Shown here: positions 38,201 through 50,400 of the stretch, one piece after another
How the letters are laid out: each line of letters starts with the position of its first letter
Position numbering within the stretch: the stretch's first letter is position 1
Assembly (NCBI RefSeq): GCF_964204645.1
Contig: NC_134026.1
Coordinates: 9,075,950 to 9,139,949 of the forward strand
Direction: 5' to 3'
From: Tubulanus polymorphus
Taxonomy: Eukaryota > Animalia > Nemertea
Length of the DNA stretch: 64,000 bases
The notes under the pieces: model-generated
What the model was told of the DNA's origin: nothing
The model's database searches: none
The model's input: the letters and a program-made list of their open reading frames with translations, nothing else
Made by a program: the position numbers and the translations under genes

Positions 38201-40620
38201 TCAGACAACTGAAATAGAACACACCATAACATGTGACAGTAAAATTCATAGAATTGTCTTCTGCGGGGTATGTATCACTCAGTATGACTGTTCTGGAATG
38301 CAGTGCTGGTCAATCTAATCAATTCTCCGATGGGTTAATGTTAACCAATGATTGTTTGACAATTTTGGAAATATACATGTAGTACTACTCTTTTTCACAT
38401 GAAATCTTTCTGTAGCCTGTATTGGTTCCAGATTTGTTGCTCTATCTCGCAACAAGTGTGCTATCTTATGCCACTAACAAATAGCCACCAGCTATCCAAA
38501 TAGATGGTGTGCCTATCAATAGGACAACTCAATCAAACTTCAGTTCATCTTCAATTATCAACTTTCATCTAGATCTTTAGCCTTCCGCATTAGAAATGAA
38601 GCAAATTATGTCGCTTTATTAACTCAAATCTTTAGGGTTCAAATATCGCACGGTTTTATCCATTTGAAAAATTTGAGAAATTGTTGATACCGGTAGATTT
38701 TAATTGAATCTTGAGAAGAAATTCTGCATCGTTGTTTGAATATGCACTAGCCGAAGGATGCTCACTCGGCAGTATCAGATAATCCTCGATTGCCACAATT
38801 GAATGTAGAGCACTGTCCTGATTTGGGTACAAATTTCTGATTTCACGATTTCATCTTGTAGACGAAACACTTACTAGTTGCACTAGAAACTGGAAATGTG
38901 GACGTGTACGATATAGAAACAAATGAGCGAAAATTATCGGTGAAGGCACATAGTTGCAGGTACTGAGATAAAATCCCACTATCTACAGATTAAAAGAATT
39001 TAAATACAAGAATTTATTTATTCAATCTAAAATATATAGAATACACGATGTTTCGATCTCACCCTAGAGATCATCGTCATCTTTCTAATTGCAGGTACTG
39101 TTATTTCTAATTACCAGTATGCATCGTTTACAAAACAGTGAACCTTACATTAAACCTTGGAATGATTTTGCTGCAAAATTTACGCCATAATATGTTGTGT
39201 CGTATGCCTGATCTTTTCATTTCTATTTCCAGGGTGAAATGTATGTACACATTGGAGTCGGGTGAAATTGGTCATGTTTTATTCACCGTATGCAGTGATG
39301 GATTACTGAAAGCTTGGGGTTTAATCTTAGATAAGGTATGTCATACAGGGTAAATCAAAGCAGCGTAATAAGGTTTAACTGGTATCAGTCCAGACTTAAA
39401 TCTATTCCATTATTTAGTCAAGTCACACTAAGGATTTATCAAAACATGTATCTTTGGTATAGCCTATCATATGTAGAATACACGTTTTATATCCGGATTA
39501 AACTTCTTCGGTGCTGACAGTTCCATACTCTACAGTGCTGGAGATAATTCATAAATGTTGGAAAATTTCACCTCGGTGCATTGTCTATCAGACACAGCAC
39601 TACATTGAGTCTACCCTGCAGTGCAGTATATCATAAGTTATTAATGTTTACAATGATTGACAGGCGTTTACCATCGTTCCATAGATATTTCATCTAATTG
39701 ATAATGACATGGACATGCCGCATCGTGTAGTAGGTTTGGTTCACCACATACCGGTAGTAGAGTACAGGCACTGAGCAGATTTGGAGGATTTCGCAGTAGT
39801 CAACCAAGCAAAACACCCCCACGATATACCGCCATACTCTATACTGCCAAAACCATTCCGCATTCTGCGCCGATGTGGCAGGTATATCGGGGGTTGACTG
39901 TATTACGAATACAAAACATTTTCAGAATACAATTTTTAATGGGTGCACACAGTTTTATAGATGATAATTAATGGCTCTTACTTGATATTCTAGGAGTCGA
40001 TAGAAATGAATTTTCTGGCCGAGGTCGATACGTCGTTTCGTTTAATGTGCGTTACGGCATGGAATACGGTTGCCAATGAAACTACGTCAGAAAGAATTGA
40101 ATCCGTTAGTGCCGTCGACTCGGCAGAAAAGACAGTTTCAGAAACTAGTGGTAAGTTGAGTGAATCTCATTTAAATATCTCTTTCGCATGGATGAAAATG
40201 AGTCATTAGGGACTTGATGGAATTCTGCGCAGCTCATGACAGAACGTACCAGAAGTAATTTTATGTCAGAAATATTACTATGTTGTTCCTACAGTAGACT
40301 CCACTCGAGTCGAATCCCATGAACTTCAATAACTGTTGAACTCGGATGGTATGGTGACACTATTTATGAAATACATAATATCCTATTCTGTTATCACTCA
40401 AGTCGGGCACATTTTTACTGTCCCAAAAGGAGCAGAGTCTGTAGGCTAAAGGGTGACTTGGGAAAAATTCTCTAACCAATTTATTTCTTGTTATTTAGTC
40501 AAAGTTCAAGCTAAAAAAAGGAAAGGCAAGGTCGAAATTGAAGAAACTAATGGTAAATTGCAGAAAAAAAGCAGGAAAGATAAATTAGCCGAAAGAATAC
40601 TTAAAGCACATGTCACCTGA
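33306..40620 (+). CDS. PAK1IP1: p21-activated kinase-interacting protein 1 (Mak11-like WD40, 60S biogenesis). Exons approx. 33306-33380, 34769-34934, 36201-36321, 37109-37236, 38042-38124, 38205-38267, 38862-38959, 39233-39335, 39994-40150, 40499-40620
   Basis: N-terminus MVEVVAGCYEE; FTDHSHTGCV...LATGSSDETIKLF...ELGSLMHHDG; HPSGKLALSIGADKTLRTWNL; Lys-rich C-terminus; AATAAA at ~40657. Confidence 0.92.
33501..34284. mobile_element. MITE with ~270-bp TIRs, CACAGGGG termini, 8-bp TSD (P/hAT-type signature)
   Basis: GTCATAGA at 33493-33500 and 34285-34292; long inverted repeat. Confidence 0.9.
35198..35825 (-). mobile_element. 5'-truncated LINE 3' end with Cys/His motif and (TCTA)n tail
   Basis: ORF 35387-35821 FRCSNHPLPIEKGR...RLCTKC...DEFHFIFICP is typical of non-LTR ORF2 C-termini; AATAAA then an ATCT-repeat tail on the minus strand. 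Confidence 0.8.
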
Positions 40621-40955
40621 GATTTAAATGTATGTACCCGTACATATGTTTTTAGAAATAAATTTGTATATATTGTACACAAAATTTAGAAGTTGGTTCA
40701 AGTTATCAATGCCACTCTACCTGGTAAAGTTCACCCTTATTAGTATGATTAAGCTTGATACACTGTATTGATCTCCAGGTTATATGATGAATTCCAAATG
40801 TACCAAATAGAAATTTAGCGAGGTACAACATTCCCTATTTGTTACCATTCTTGAACCCACTATCAGACGTATTAGGTTTCCGATTAGTTGAAAGGATAGA
40901 ATTTCAGAGGCAAGAAAATTCTCGGACAGTCCGTGTAGTGACGGGTGTTGTGATA

Positions 40956-41120
40956 GGGGTCATTCATTTATTACGTACGCATTAGGGGAGGGGGAGGGGT
41001 AAGTGCAATTGTGTACTGTAATGCTTAATGTATATGAAAAAATGGCCGATTTTGTGTACAGGGGGAGAGGGGGGTTGAAAAAGTCAAATTTTATGCGTAC
41101 GTAATAAATGGATGATCCCA
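40956..41120. mobile_element. Short MITE (ggggtcattcatttattacg TIR); inverted copy at 51653-51812
   Basis: Terminal inverted repeats and a second near-identical copy. Confidence 0.75.
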
Positions 41121-41987
41121 TACAGAATTTGATGAAATATTTTAGGCCAGCCGTAGCGAGGTATATTTGTTCCTGCCAACTCCAGTCGCTGTATGTGCTA
41201 CTTATGAAAGCACAATTGTATGGTGTATTTTGACGAATATAGTAACCCACAGAATGTATCATTTGCCATTTTAAGACAAGCTGACAGGCTGGCCATAGTG
41301 CCCCTTGGGGCTCTCGTCTTTCTGGGCACATGACAATCCAAGCCATCTGTGGCAATCGAGTTTCCTTAATCGAGCAAATACAGAAGACCCAACTGCATAA
41401 TGGATAGAGGATCCATCTACGACAAAAAAAACCATTCTGCATATTTGTATAATCATTTCTTTATTCATTCATATTTGTTTAAATAATTATAATTGTTGAT
41501 ATAAAAGACATTGATAATCTATACATCGTACACATTTACACAATATTCTACAGGAAAATGCAGCACAAAAATTGAAAAAGGCAGCTGCTTGGTATAATAA
41601 TATACTGAAAAAATCGTCAGTGTATCAAAACGATCAACATTTAAATTAAGTTGATACAGAATATGTTCGAAGGTCCAGTTTATTTCTTTGGTTATATTCA
41701 AATCATACGTCTCGCCACCTGAGCATGACATGTCTCAATGGGTTAATCTCGAAAAAATATTTTCTTAAGTTTAAAGAAAAACCAACAATTATGAAGATAA
41801 ACTATATTCTATGAGCGATTTTCAAAACAAGAGATGCCCATACCCCGCAGCCCATCCCCGTATCAATATGAATGAAAGATAATTGTCCAATGACATTCCC
41901 TATAATCAAAAGGAATGTTCATAAATCTCAGTAGTTGGTTGACGAAGGCTCATTTTGCAATGATTATTATATAAGAATCTGATAAAT

Positions 41988-43923
41988 TTACTGCATCAAT
42001 CTACAGCCCAGACGTACTGCCATTAACACACTGAAAATAGAAACAAGATATATGTCTTTTCTTCCAACAAGTAACTGGCTCTTCATAGGGGGAATACAGA
42101 AGAACCTGCTTCATTCGAATCATTTGGGACGAAGAAAAATTCATCCGGTTTCGGGAAATCCGGATAAAAAATCATTTTCGGGTATATTAATGAACTAAAG
42201 ACTGTAAATAATGTCTGGATTAGACCAAAATCTGGATTAGGATTAAGCCGATTCGGATTCAGCAGGTTTGACTGTTGCTGCTTCAATTAATGATACAGAC
42301 TGATATGAATCAGAATCTTAGGCAGGTTTCAATTGAATATATTGTGTTTTATAGACTGGTGTATATATAACCTAGGGGTTAACTTAATGGAAAATGAAAA
42401 GTTTAAGATGAGTAAACTCCTGGGTTAAAGTTAATACCGGTCTATCAAACCAGGCCCTGGATTACAAACCCTTTACCAGATTTATACAGATCATGCTATT
42501 CTGGAATAGGTAGAGCATGTTCTGGTTAAAATGAATGCCAGAATAGTATTCCAGAATTGGTAGAGACCTGCCCTAAAATGCCAGTCTTACACAAGTTTCA
42601 TTACAACAATTACATTGATACAAGGCCAGTGGAGTCCTCTTTATAACCCGGATAACCGTCAACCTTATTTCAGTATCATGAGAATACATTAATTAAAACC
42701 TGCCTTTTGATACCATACAAGAATATTGAAGAACCCTAAAATGTAGAACCAGGCTCTGTCAGAAGCTGAAGAAATGTATTTGCTGTATTACAGTATAATA
42801 CCATACCTGACAACTGCAACCATTCCAGCTGGCATGAATTTACCAGAGTTCACGAATCGGAAACCCATCATACCAGATAAAAACACGGATGTACCTGAAT
42901 TGAAGAGGTGAATTACCAAATGTATTTGCGATTTGCGAAGGGATACCATTAACTTTTCCCTATATTTCTCAATAGTTCAGTTTTGAACGCTTAACTGCAA
43001 TATTAAATGTTAGCATTATTAAATTTTACGCCGTGCCTACAGTACTGGTACTCCGCTATACTTAGTAATTCTAAGTAACAAAACCCCCGAAATAAGGACT
43101 GGAACACACAAGTGTACTCATAACACAAGTGTACTAGCGGAGTGTCTTACCTTTGGACCCATCAGGGCAACCAACTGAACACGATTTTTCTTACTAGCCT
43201 TACCCTTACCTACCTTAGTATAACGCATAACTTAACCCTAAAGCTTACCCGAAACCCTATTCTCTGGACCCTTTGCTCAACCTCTAGCCACTAAACCCTC
43301 ACCCTCTGGACCATCTTCTCACCCTCTGGACCATCTTCTCACCCTCTAGACACTAAACCCTAATTTCTCTGGTGTGTTGAAAAAGCCGCCATTTTGTTTT
43401 ACCGGCACTCTGAATAGGATTGAATGGGATATTACTGGTACCAGGACTATGAACACTTTGTAAATTTCAACTCTCAACTATGGGCGATTGGTTTCGAAGC
43501 TATATTGGTATTCTGCTAGTATAGTCATAGTGCTGGGTTCAAATCCTGAATTTCTCTTCTACTTTTCACCAGCCGCTACATATAGGCCGACACCAATCAG
43601 GAGATACCGTTGTTAAACAGAGCTCTTACCTAGAGCAAGATGGACATTTTGAGGATTTTCAGACAGCTGGAAGGCACCTACACCAAGTAAACCTCCACAA
43701 ACTAAACCAGAGAGTAATGACATCGTACTTCCTGAAAATGAGATAATGAAGGGGCGGTTCCTTAAGAAAACATAAGAACTTAGCTAAATTAAATAAATAA
43801 AAGTCAAAGTGGCAAAGCCAAAAGAAAAAGATAAATCAAATCCATACCTGCTTTAACGTAACCGAAGATTCCGCCCAATGCAATGAAAGCTGCATAGCCA
43901 TAACCAATGTAATCAACTGACAT
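41988..43923 (-). CDS. TMEM14C: Transmembrane protein 14 (TMEM14C-like). Exons approx. 43923-43848, 43732-43631, 42894-42808, 42030-41988
   Basis: [35 protein letters not shown]...MGFRFVNSGKFMPAG matches the TMEM14 signature (GY.KAGS..SL; SGKFMPAG). Confidence 0.9.
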
Positions 43924-44404
43924 ATTTGCAATGAGATGTTATCGACGTGGACGATATATATAGGCCTATAATGATGCTGTCAAAAGATGCCTCAAAAAAT
44001 TTTGAACTCGAATGCGGATGTAAAGCGGAAGTTATTAACAAGAAAAATATGTTTAATGACGATGTAACGAAAATGCAAAAATGTATTGACTTCAATTAAT
44101 TTTTATTCTCATAGTCTTATACTCAAACGCTTAGATATTGAAATCTCGTCGTATTGTTTGATCGATGGCCGCCTATTTATGAAAGGGCTTTAAGTGAAAT
44201 TACAAGAAGTTCATATTTCCAGTATCCATCATTGATATTGGACAATGAAGTATTCCCGAAGCTGTGCATCGTCGTTTAAGGGAAGCGAGGAAACATAATT
44301 TTACTACAGCCGTTACATTGTTTTCATTTTCTACTCAGTTTGTGAGAATTTTCACTTATAGATTAAATAATTAATTCATGTTCACAAGTCGTATTTCGGT
44401 TTAG

Positions 44405-47400
44405 ATGTCCGGGCCTTTGGTTAATAACTTCGAAGTGCCCTCCTGGTGAGTTTTTGCAAGTTCTAAAACCGATACGATAGCAGTAAACAGCGTAAAAAAT
44501 ATCGACAAACAAGATTACGATTTGAAAAGTTCAATTCAAATTAAATTAATTGTAATTCAATAAAACGAATTCATTTTTTTATTCAGGGCAGGAAAGCCTC
44601 CTCCAGGGTTACATTTGGATGTGTTAAAAGATACCAAGATGGTTCAGGTACGGTTATTGAATTTCTTGGGTTTAAGTCGTCCACGTCCGATTGATAAGTC
44701 GTCCATAATTTTGAACCTGGGGGTAAAATTCAAATATTTCATCATTAATGAAGGATCTGCGATAGGCTCAGCCAGAGAGCCAGTGGTTATCCATCTTCAA
44801 ACATCAAAGGATTCGAACCCACTAAGCTAAAGCCATTCCCCGAACCCCTTGACCTCAAGAGTCGTTGGAGTTGTTACTAGCCGACCAGAATCTGGTCGTA
44901 CCAATCACAGCGCCTGTAACAAACAACATTAGGCTTCTGTTGGTTTTTCCGTTTAATGGATCAATCGGCGAACGTTTTACCAAACAAGGAAGTATTTCCC
45001 AAATCGATAAATGACGTCATGCGCAACAGCGCCAGTAATGAAATCACGCGTCGTGAGGCCAGGGGGCTGGTGGAAGCGAGTGCGGGAGCAATACCGGACC
45101 ACTGGCAAGTGAGGATGGTGGTTATCCTCCTCTGTGAAGTTTGGAAAAAAGACAGACTCCCTTTTCTTGTTAGGTTAATTTAACTCGTTGATTAGTAAAT
45201 CAATAAACATAGATTTGATAAATCTCTCAGGCTATTTTTATGACGCCGTAGACGGACGACACTAGCCAACATGTCATTCTGATTGGCTAATTCACGTTGC
45301 GCCTGCGCACTGGGGTCCGTGACTTAGAAAATTCATGGCAAGTGTGGAGAATAGAGTTAGAGAAAATAGAGCGAGACTCGAACCCGGGCCAGTAAATTTC
45401 TAGCGCAGCATCATACGACTAGACCACCGAGCTTGCTGAAAACCAGTCGAATGTTTTAACTACATATAGCCTCACCTTGCCCTAATCCTATCCCTAGGTA
45501 ATCCTAATCCTATCCCTAGATAAAACGGACCCTTACCCCCTGGACCCGCTTCTCACCCTCTTGACACTAATCCTCCCCCCTCTCGACCATAATCCGAAAT
45601 TCAATGCAAAACCGTTGAAAATATAGACTTTATGACCGCTTTAGGACGCCGTAAATATAGCCACTTCGTTGATAAATAGTTTGATTAATTTCATACTCGA
45701 TGATTTGTTAATTAGTATGTACATAACATAGCTCAATTTGATTTGAGTTCTATGGTGTACATAATCATTGGGACTTTTATCCCATCTTTAGTGCGAACAG
45801 TTTATATATGTTCACGAATTGAATTTTTGTAATTTCATTAAAATTATTGGAACTAAACTTTTTTTTACCTTAGCAGTGTGGTACCCGTCTGTTAATCCGG
45901 CAAGACCTGCTTGATTTGTATCAGCCTTTCCAAATCTAGGCGCACAGGATAGTTAACTACCCCACGAACCCTGGATATCATTTCAAAATGTTTTTTAGGG
46001 ACCTGGTAAATGGGTTACATTTAACTGGTTTTTGAGATTCCTTGATTTCCGATTCCAATTAATGTACTAGTACTACCACTAGGCTCTGAGATAAGACTGA
46101 CCGCAGTTTCACGAAAAATTTGAACACAAATTTTTGGTGAAGTGGCTATCGGTTAATGCGTGTTTTCAATGACAACATTTGATCATGAAACTGTGCCCTG
46201 GAGCAATTCCTACTTTGTAATGCGTTTGTGGTTCTTGTACCTAGCCCTGGTTTTGAGAAAAAGTTGAAGTCAAATCTTGGTTAAGTTGTTAGTTAACTGT
46301 ATTTATGTTTTCAATGGTAACCACATGGGTTCATGAAACCATTCCTATAATCTAGACTTATTCTAGACTTGTTTAATTTTACTAATTTCTATTTTTCAGA
46401 AATTGATGATCGATGAAAAGAAATGTTACTTTTTTGGTCGAAATAAACAACTGAACGATTTCACTATTGACCACGCATCTTGTTCGAGAGTACACGCAGC
46501 ACTGATTTGGCACAAACACTTAAGCAGACCGTTCATCATAGATCTCGGCAGTAGTAAGTAGTTTGCCAAAATAATTGTGAAAGAAAAAAATGTCCTCACA
46601 TTTTCTTTTTGCAGTCAAACTTGCTTTACCCTTTATAGTTCGCGGCTATGATTGAAGCTTATCTCGTTCGTCAGGGGGTGTATCATTCAATGAGTGCCAT
46701 CATCTCAAGATCATTCAATAGAATTACCTCAAACCAAAAGCATATGACAAAAACGATTCAGTCAGCCAGTATTTGAGGTGAAAATAGAGGCAAATACCTC
46801 CTCGGCACTCATTGCCAATAGGACCGGAATACAGGTGCACTACGTTCCAAAAGATTTTGTTATGTTTAGTGCACTCTTGAAGGCTTTGAGATTTTCCAAT
46901 ATACAGAAAATGCAGTCGTCAGGATCTGCCCCTGAACCTTATAAAACACTGGTTCATCCAGAAATTTTTGTAGCTTTCAAGCCAATTTCAATTTTGTGCA
47001 TGATGCCGAGTATCCACAGGTTGCAGCGTCTCATGGTGTTTCCAATCTTCACCTAAAGTGGGAGATTTGAATGTACCGTTTGTTATGTATTTTATACTAC
47101 TGTATCCCATATGGTATACAACTGGAAAGGGCTAAGTCATGTCCCTTTGGAAATATTTGGGAATTGGATTGACTTTATTTTACACTTCACGGTAGAATAG
47201 TTCTGGGAATATCCCCTGCTTGTCCACAGGCATCGCTTTTCCGCAATCTTTCATAGAAATTGCCTTTATCGGGTGGTTAACATGCAAATTTTGACATCCA
47301 TGGCTGTAGTATGATGGTATCAGTTTCCATTTGAAAAAGCCACCCATAAAACACTTGGAAAAACTAAGGAATTTTGAATTACCGCAATATCACTGTGTGG

Positions 47401-50400
47401 GCACTGTAGTAAGTCATTACATAAGTAGTAAGTCATTACATTAAGTGATGTTTTTGAATAAAATGTAGGTCATCCAAGACGGCCACCACAGTCATTTTTG
47501 TGTGTAAAATAGGCATGGTATTGAAGCCTGTTTCTGCTCTACAGTTTCAGAACTTATTACTTCATCTGTTGTTTTATGATAGGAAGATAAGCTCTACTGG
47601 TTTTGGCATATATATAGGTCATCCCAGATGGCTGCCACACTCATGTTGGTGTGTGAATTAGCCATTCTGCTGTTTATGCTCGCTCTACAGTTTTATACTG
47701 ATTTTCTTTTCACTTGGTACATCGACTGAAGGCATATGGAGGATGAACTCTACTGTTTTTGATATATGGGTCATCCAAGATGGTTGCCACAGTTATGTCG
47801 GTCGGTGTATTTTAGTTAAATAGCCAGTTTGGAGCTTATTACTGCTTTAAGGTGTAGAGTTTTAGAAATGATTTTCTTCATACCTGAAGAACTGGGTTTT
47901 TATGATGGGTGGAGGATGAGCTCTATTATTTTTGACAGGTCTACGTAAAGGTCACTGAAAGGAACCAAAATGTCTGTGTGAAATAGGCATAACAGAATGG
48001 ACCTCGTTCTTGACTCTACAATCTATAGCTTTTTACTGATTTACATATGACTTAGTATGTGTACATTAAAGACAGGAGGACGATGCGATGCATACCGGGT
48101 ATATATTATCAAAGATGGCTGCCACTGTCATATTGAAACCAATTTTGTGAGATGAAACTTAGTGTTAAGAATATGTACCTCATTACAATTTTGTATTCTC
48201 ACTCTATATGACTCACTCACAGGCGGAGGGGTATTCTTTACATATGTCTAGTTACAATCCTAAGTTAACACGGTTTTTTGGTAGATATTTGAGATAAAAT
48301 GAAATTTTCTTTTATCAGCTCATGGCACTCATATTGGAACGATTCGCCTTGAGTCAAAAAAGCCGCAACAAGTTCCGATCGATAGCGAAATACATTTCGG
48401 AGCGTCGACGCGTCGATATGTGATCAGAGAACGTCCACAGATGCCGACCAAGTCGGACGAAACGGAAGAATCTGACGGAGCCACGTTACTTGGATTACCC
48501 GAAACTGAAACTGAACTCGATGTAAGTAATGATTTTTAATTTGCTATGAAAGTGTGGTAAAATGTCTGTTCTGTCTGAATATTTTGATCCCCTGCTTGAT
48601 GCCAGATGCCATCCAGCTTTGCGTTTTTCAGGGTCTCTACAACTTCTTGTTCCCTCGAAAACTGCTAAACAGAAAATATTTTCAACGGTGCCTGAAACTC
48701 TTTTAATTTGAGCAAAAAGCCTTTTAACAAAAAAACTCTTTTAACTCCTTCAATTTTTTAGAAATAGGCAATCGGAAATGTTTTGTAGTTGTACAGGAAA
48801 CTCCGCCTGAACTGAATGGGTTCAGTTGGGACCAGGATTTCTTTAACCCAATTAGGTGGTTTCCGAATGAGAAACTGAGTTTAGATAGTGGTGAATAAAC
48901 TTTAGTTACAAAACCACCAAATTAACAGTTTACCAAGATAAGCAGTACCGATTTAGGAAATGGGAAATGCAGATGCTTCCTTGAAATTTATTTCTCCTTT
49001 GAAACTCCCTATTGCCAGAATTGACTTATCTGTAGGGCTTGCTTATACACAAGCTGTGTTTGAGTTAAAGAAATTTTCTTTAATTAACCTGTCCTTTCCA
49101 TATTGTGATCAGTTAATGCTTTGACATGAAAAATGTTAAAGAAATCTGGAAAAATTATGTGAAAATTCCTGGACCTGGTTTTTTAGACTGATATTATCTT
49201 TAACCTGGGGGCTAACTCAATTGGAAATGAATTAAGTTAGCCCCTGGGTTAAAGTTAATACCAGTCTATTAAACTGGGCCCTGGTATTTTGTCGTGAAGA
49301 TAAGCCAATCGTAAGGATGTGTGAAAATTTTCTTGAGTTTCTGATTCCTGTAACTTGTCAAGTGTTGATTAATTAATTGTAGCAATGATCCGATTTTGTA
49401 ATTCATGCCTCAATTTTTTTGTATTACCTCTTAACGTGTCACTTGTTCATTTCAGAATCTAACAGAGTTTAATACCGCACACAATCGACGGATATCGTCG
49501 ATGGCTGATATTCCCGATAATCCGAACAATTCGTTAAAAAGAAAAAAGTCGTTACATATCAATTTCATGGACGATGATGAGATCATTAATCCAGGTCAGT
49601 AATGTGATCAGTTTGCTGCGATAGCTGCAGGCTGCCTCCGTTTTGGCCTCGGGATAACAAGTTCAGTTTATTAGTGCGCTGTGGTGGCTGGAAGGTTGCC
49701 CCTTGACTTCGGTCTCATTAATAACTATGGAAAAAATGTAATCAGTTTGAAATTAATAATCTTATTTCATGTGTGTTGGTTCTACATCTGATTGTAGATT
49801 TTAGCCCGCTTGAGACGTAAGTCCCAACGGACGATTGAGTTCCTTTTTCACGAAGGGATGGTCTTGAGATTCGGTTTATACATGTACCGGGTTATCTGCT
49901 CCTTAGTTTTAAGTTTTTATGATCACAGATCTTTCCTGAAGTCAAATTGTACTTTTCTGGTGTATGAATGAAAGGTTGAAACGCATGAAATGTTGAACTG
50001 GTTTCGTGAATCATCTCGATTATTTTTTTTTTTTGTAGAGGATATTGATCCTAGTGTAGGAAAATTCAGGAATCTGATTTCAACGACTGTTGTACCAACG
50101 AAGGTAAATTGATTAACGTAAAAGCCTTACCGGTACTTAAAATCGAGTTTTACCCGAGTGCGTTCCAATTAAACTGCCGATGTTACGCACATCCCTGGAG
50201 CCAGTTCCATAGTTGTGCATCAAATTTTGACTCAAAAGTTGATACAATAAGAGTTACTTCGGATCATTTTGCACCAATAAGATTAATCCGGTTTATGAGC
50301 TCTGGATTAAACGATCATACTTCACATACATTTACACATGTGCATCCTCCCTCGGCAGGGATTCGAACCTGATGGGATCGCTACACTCAGCCACGACACG

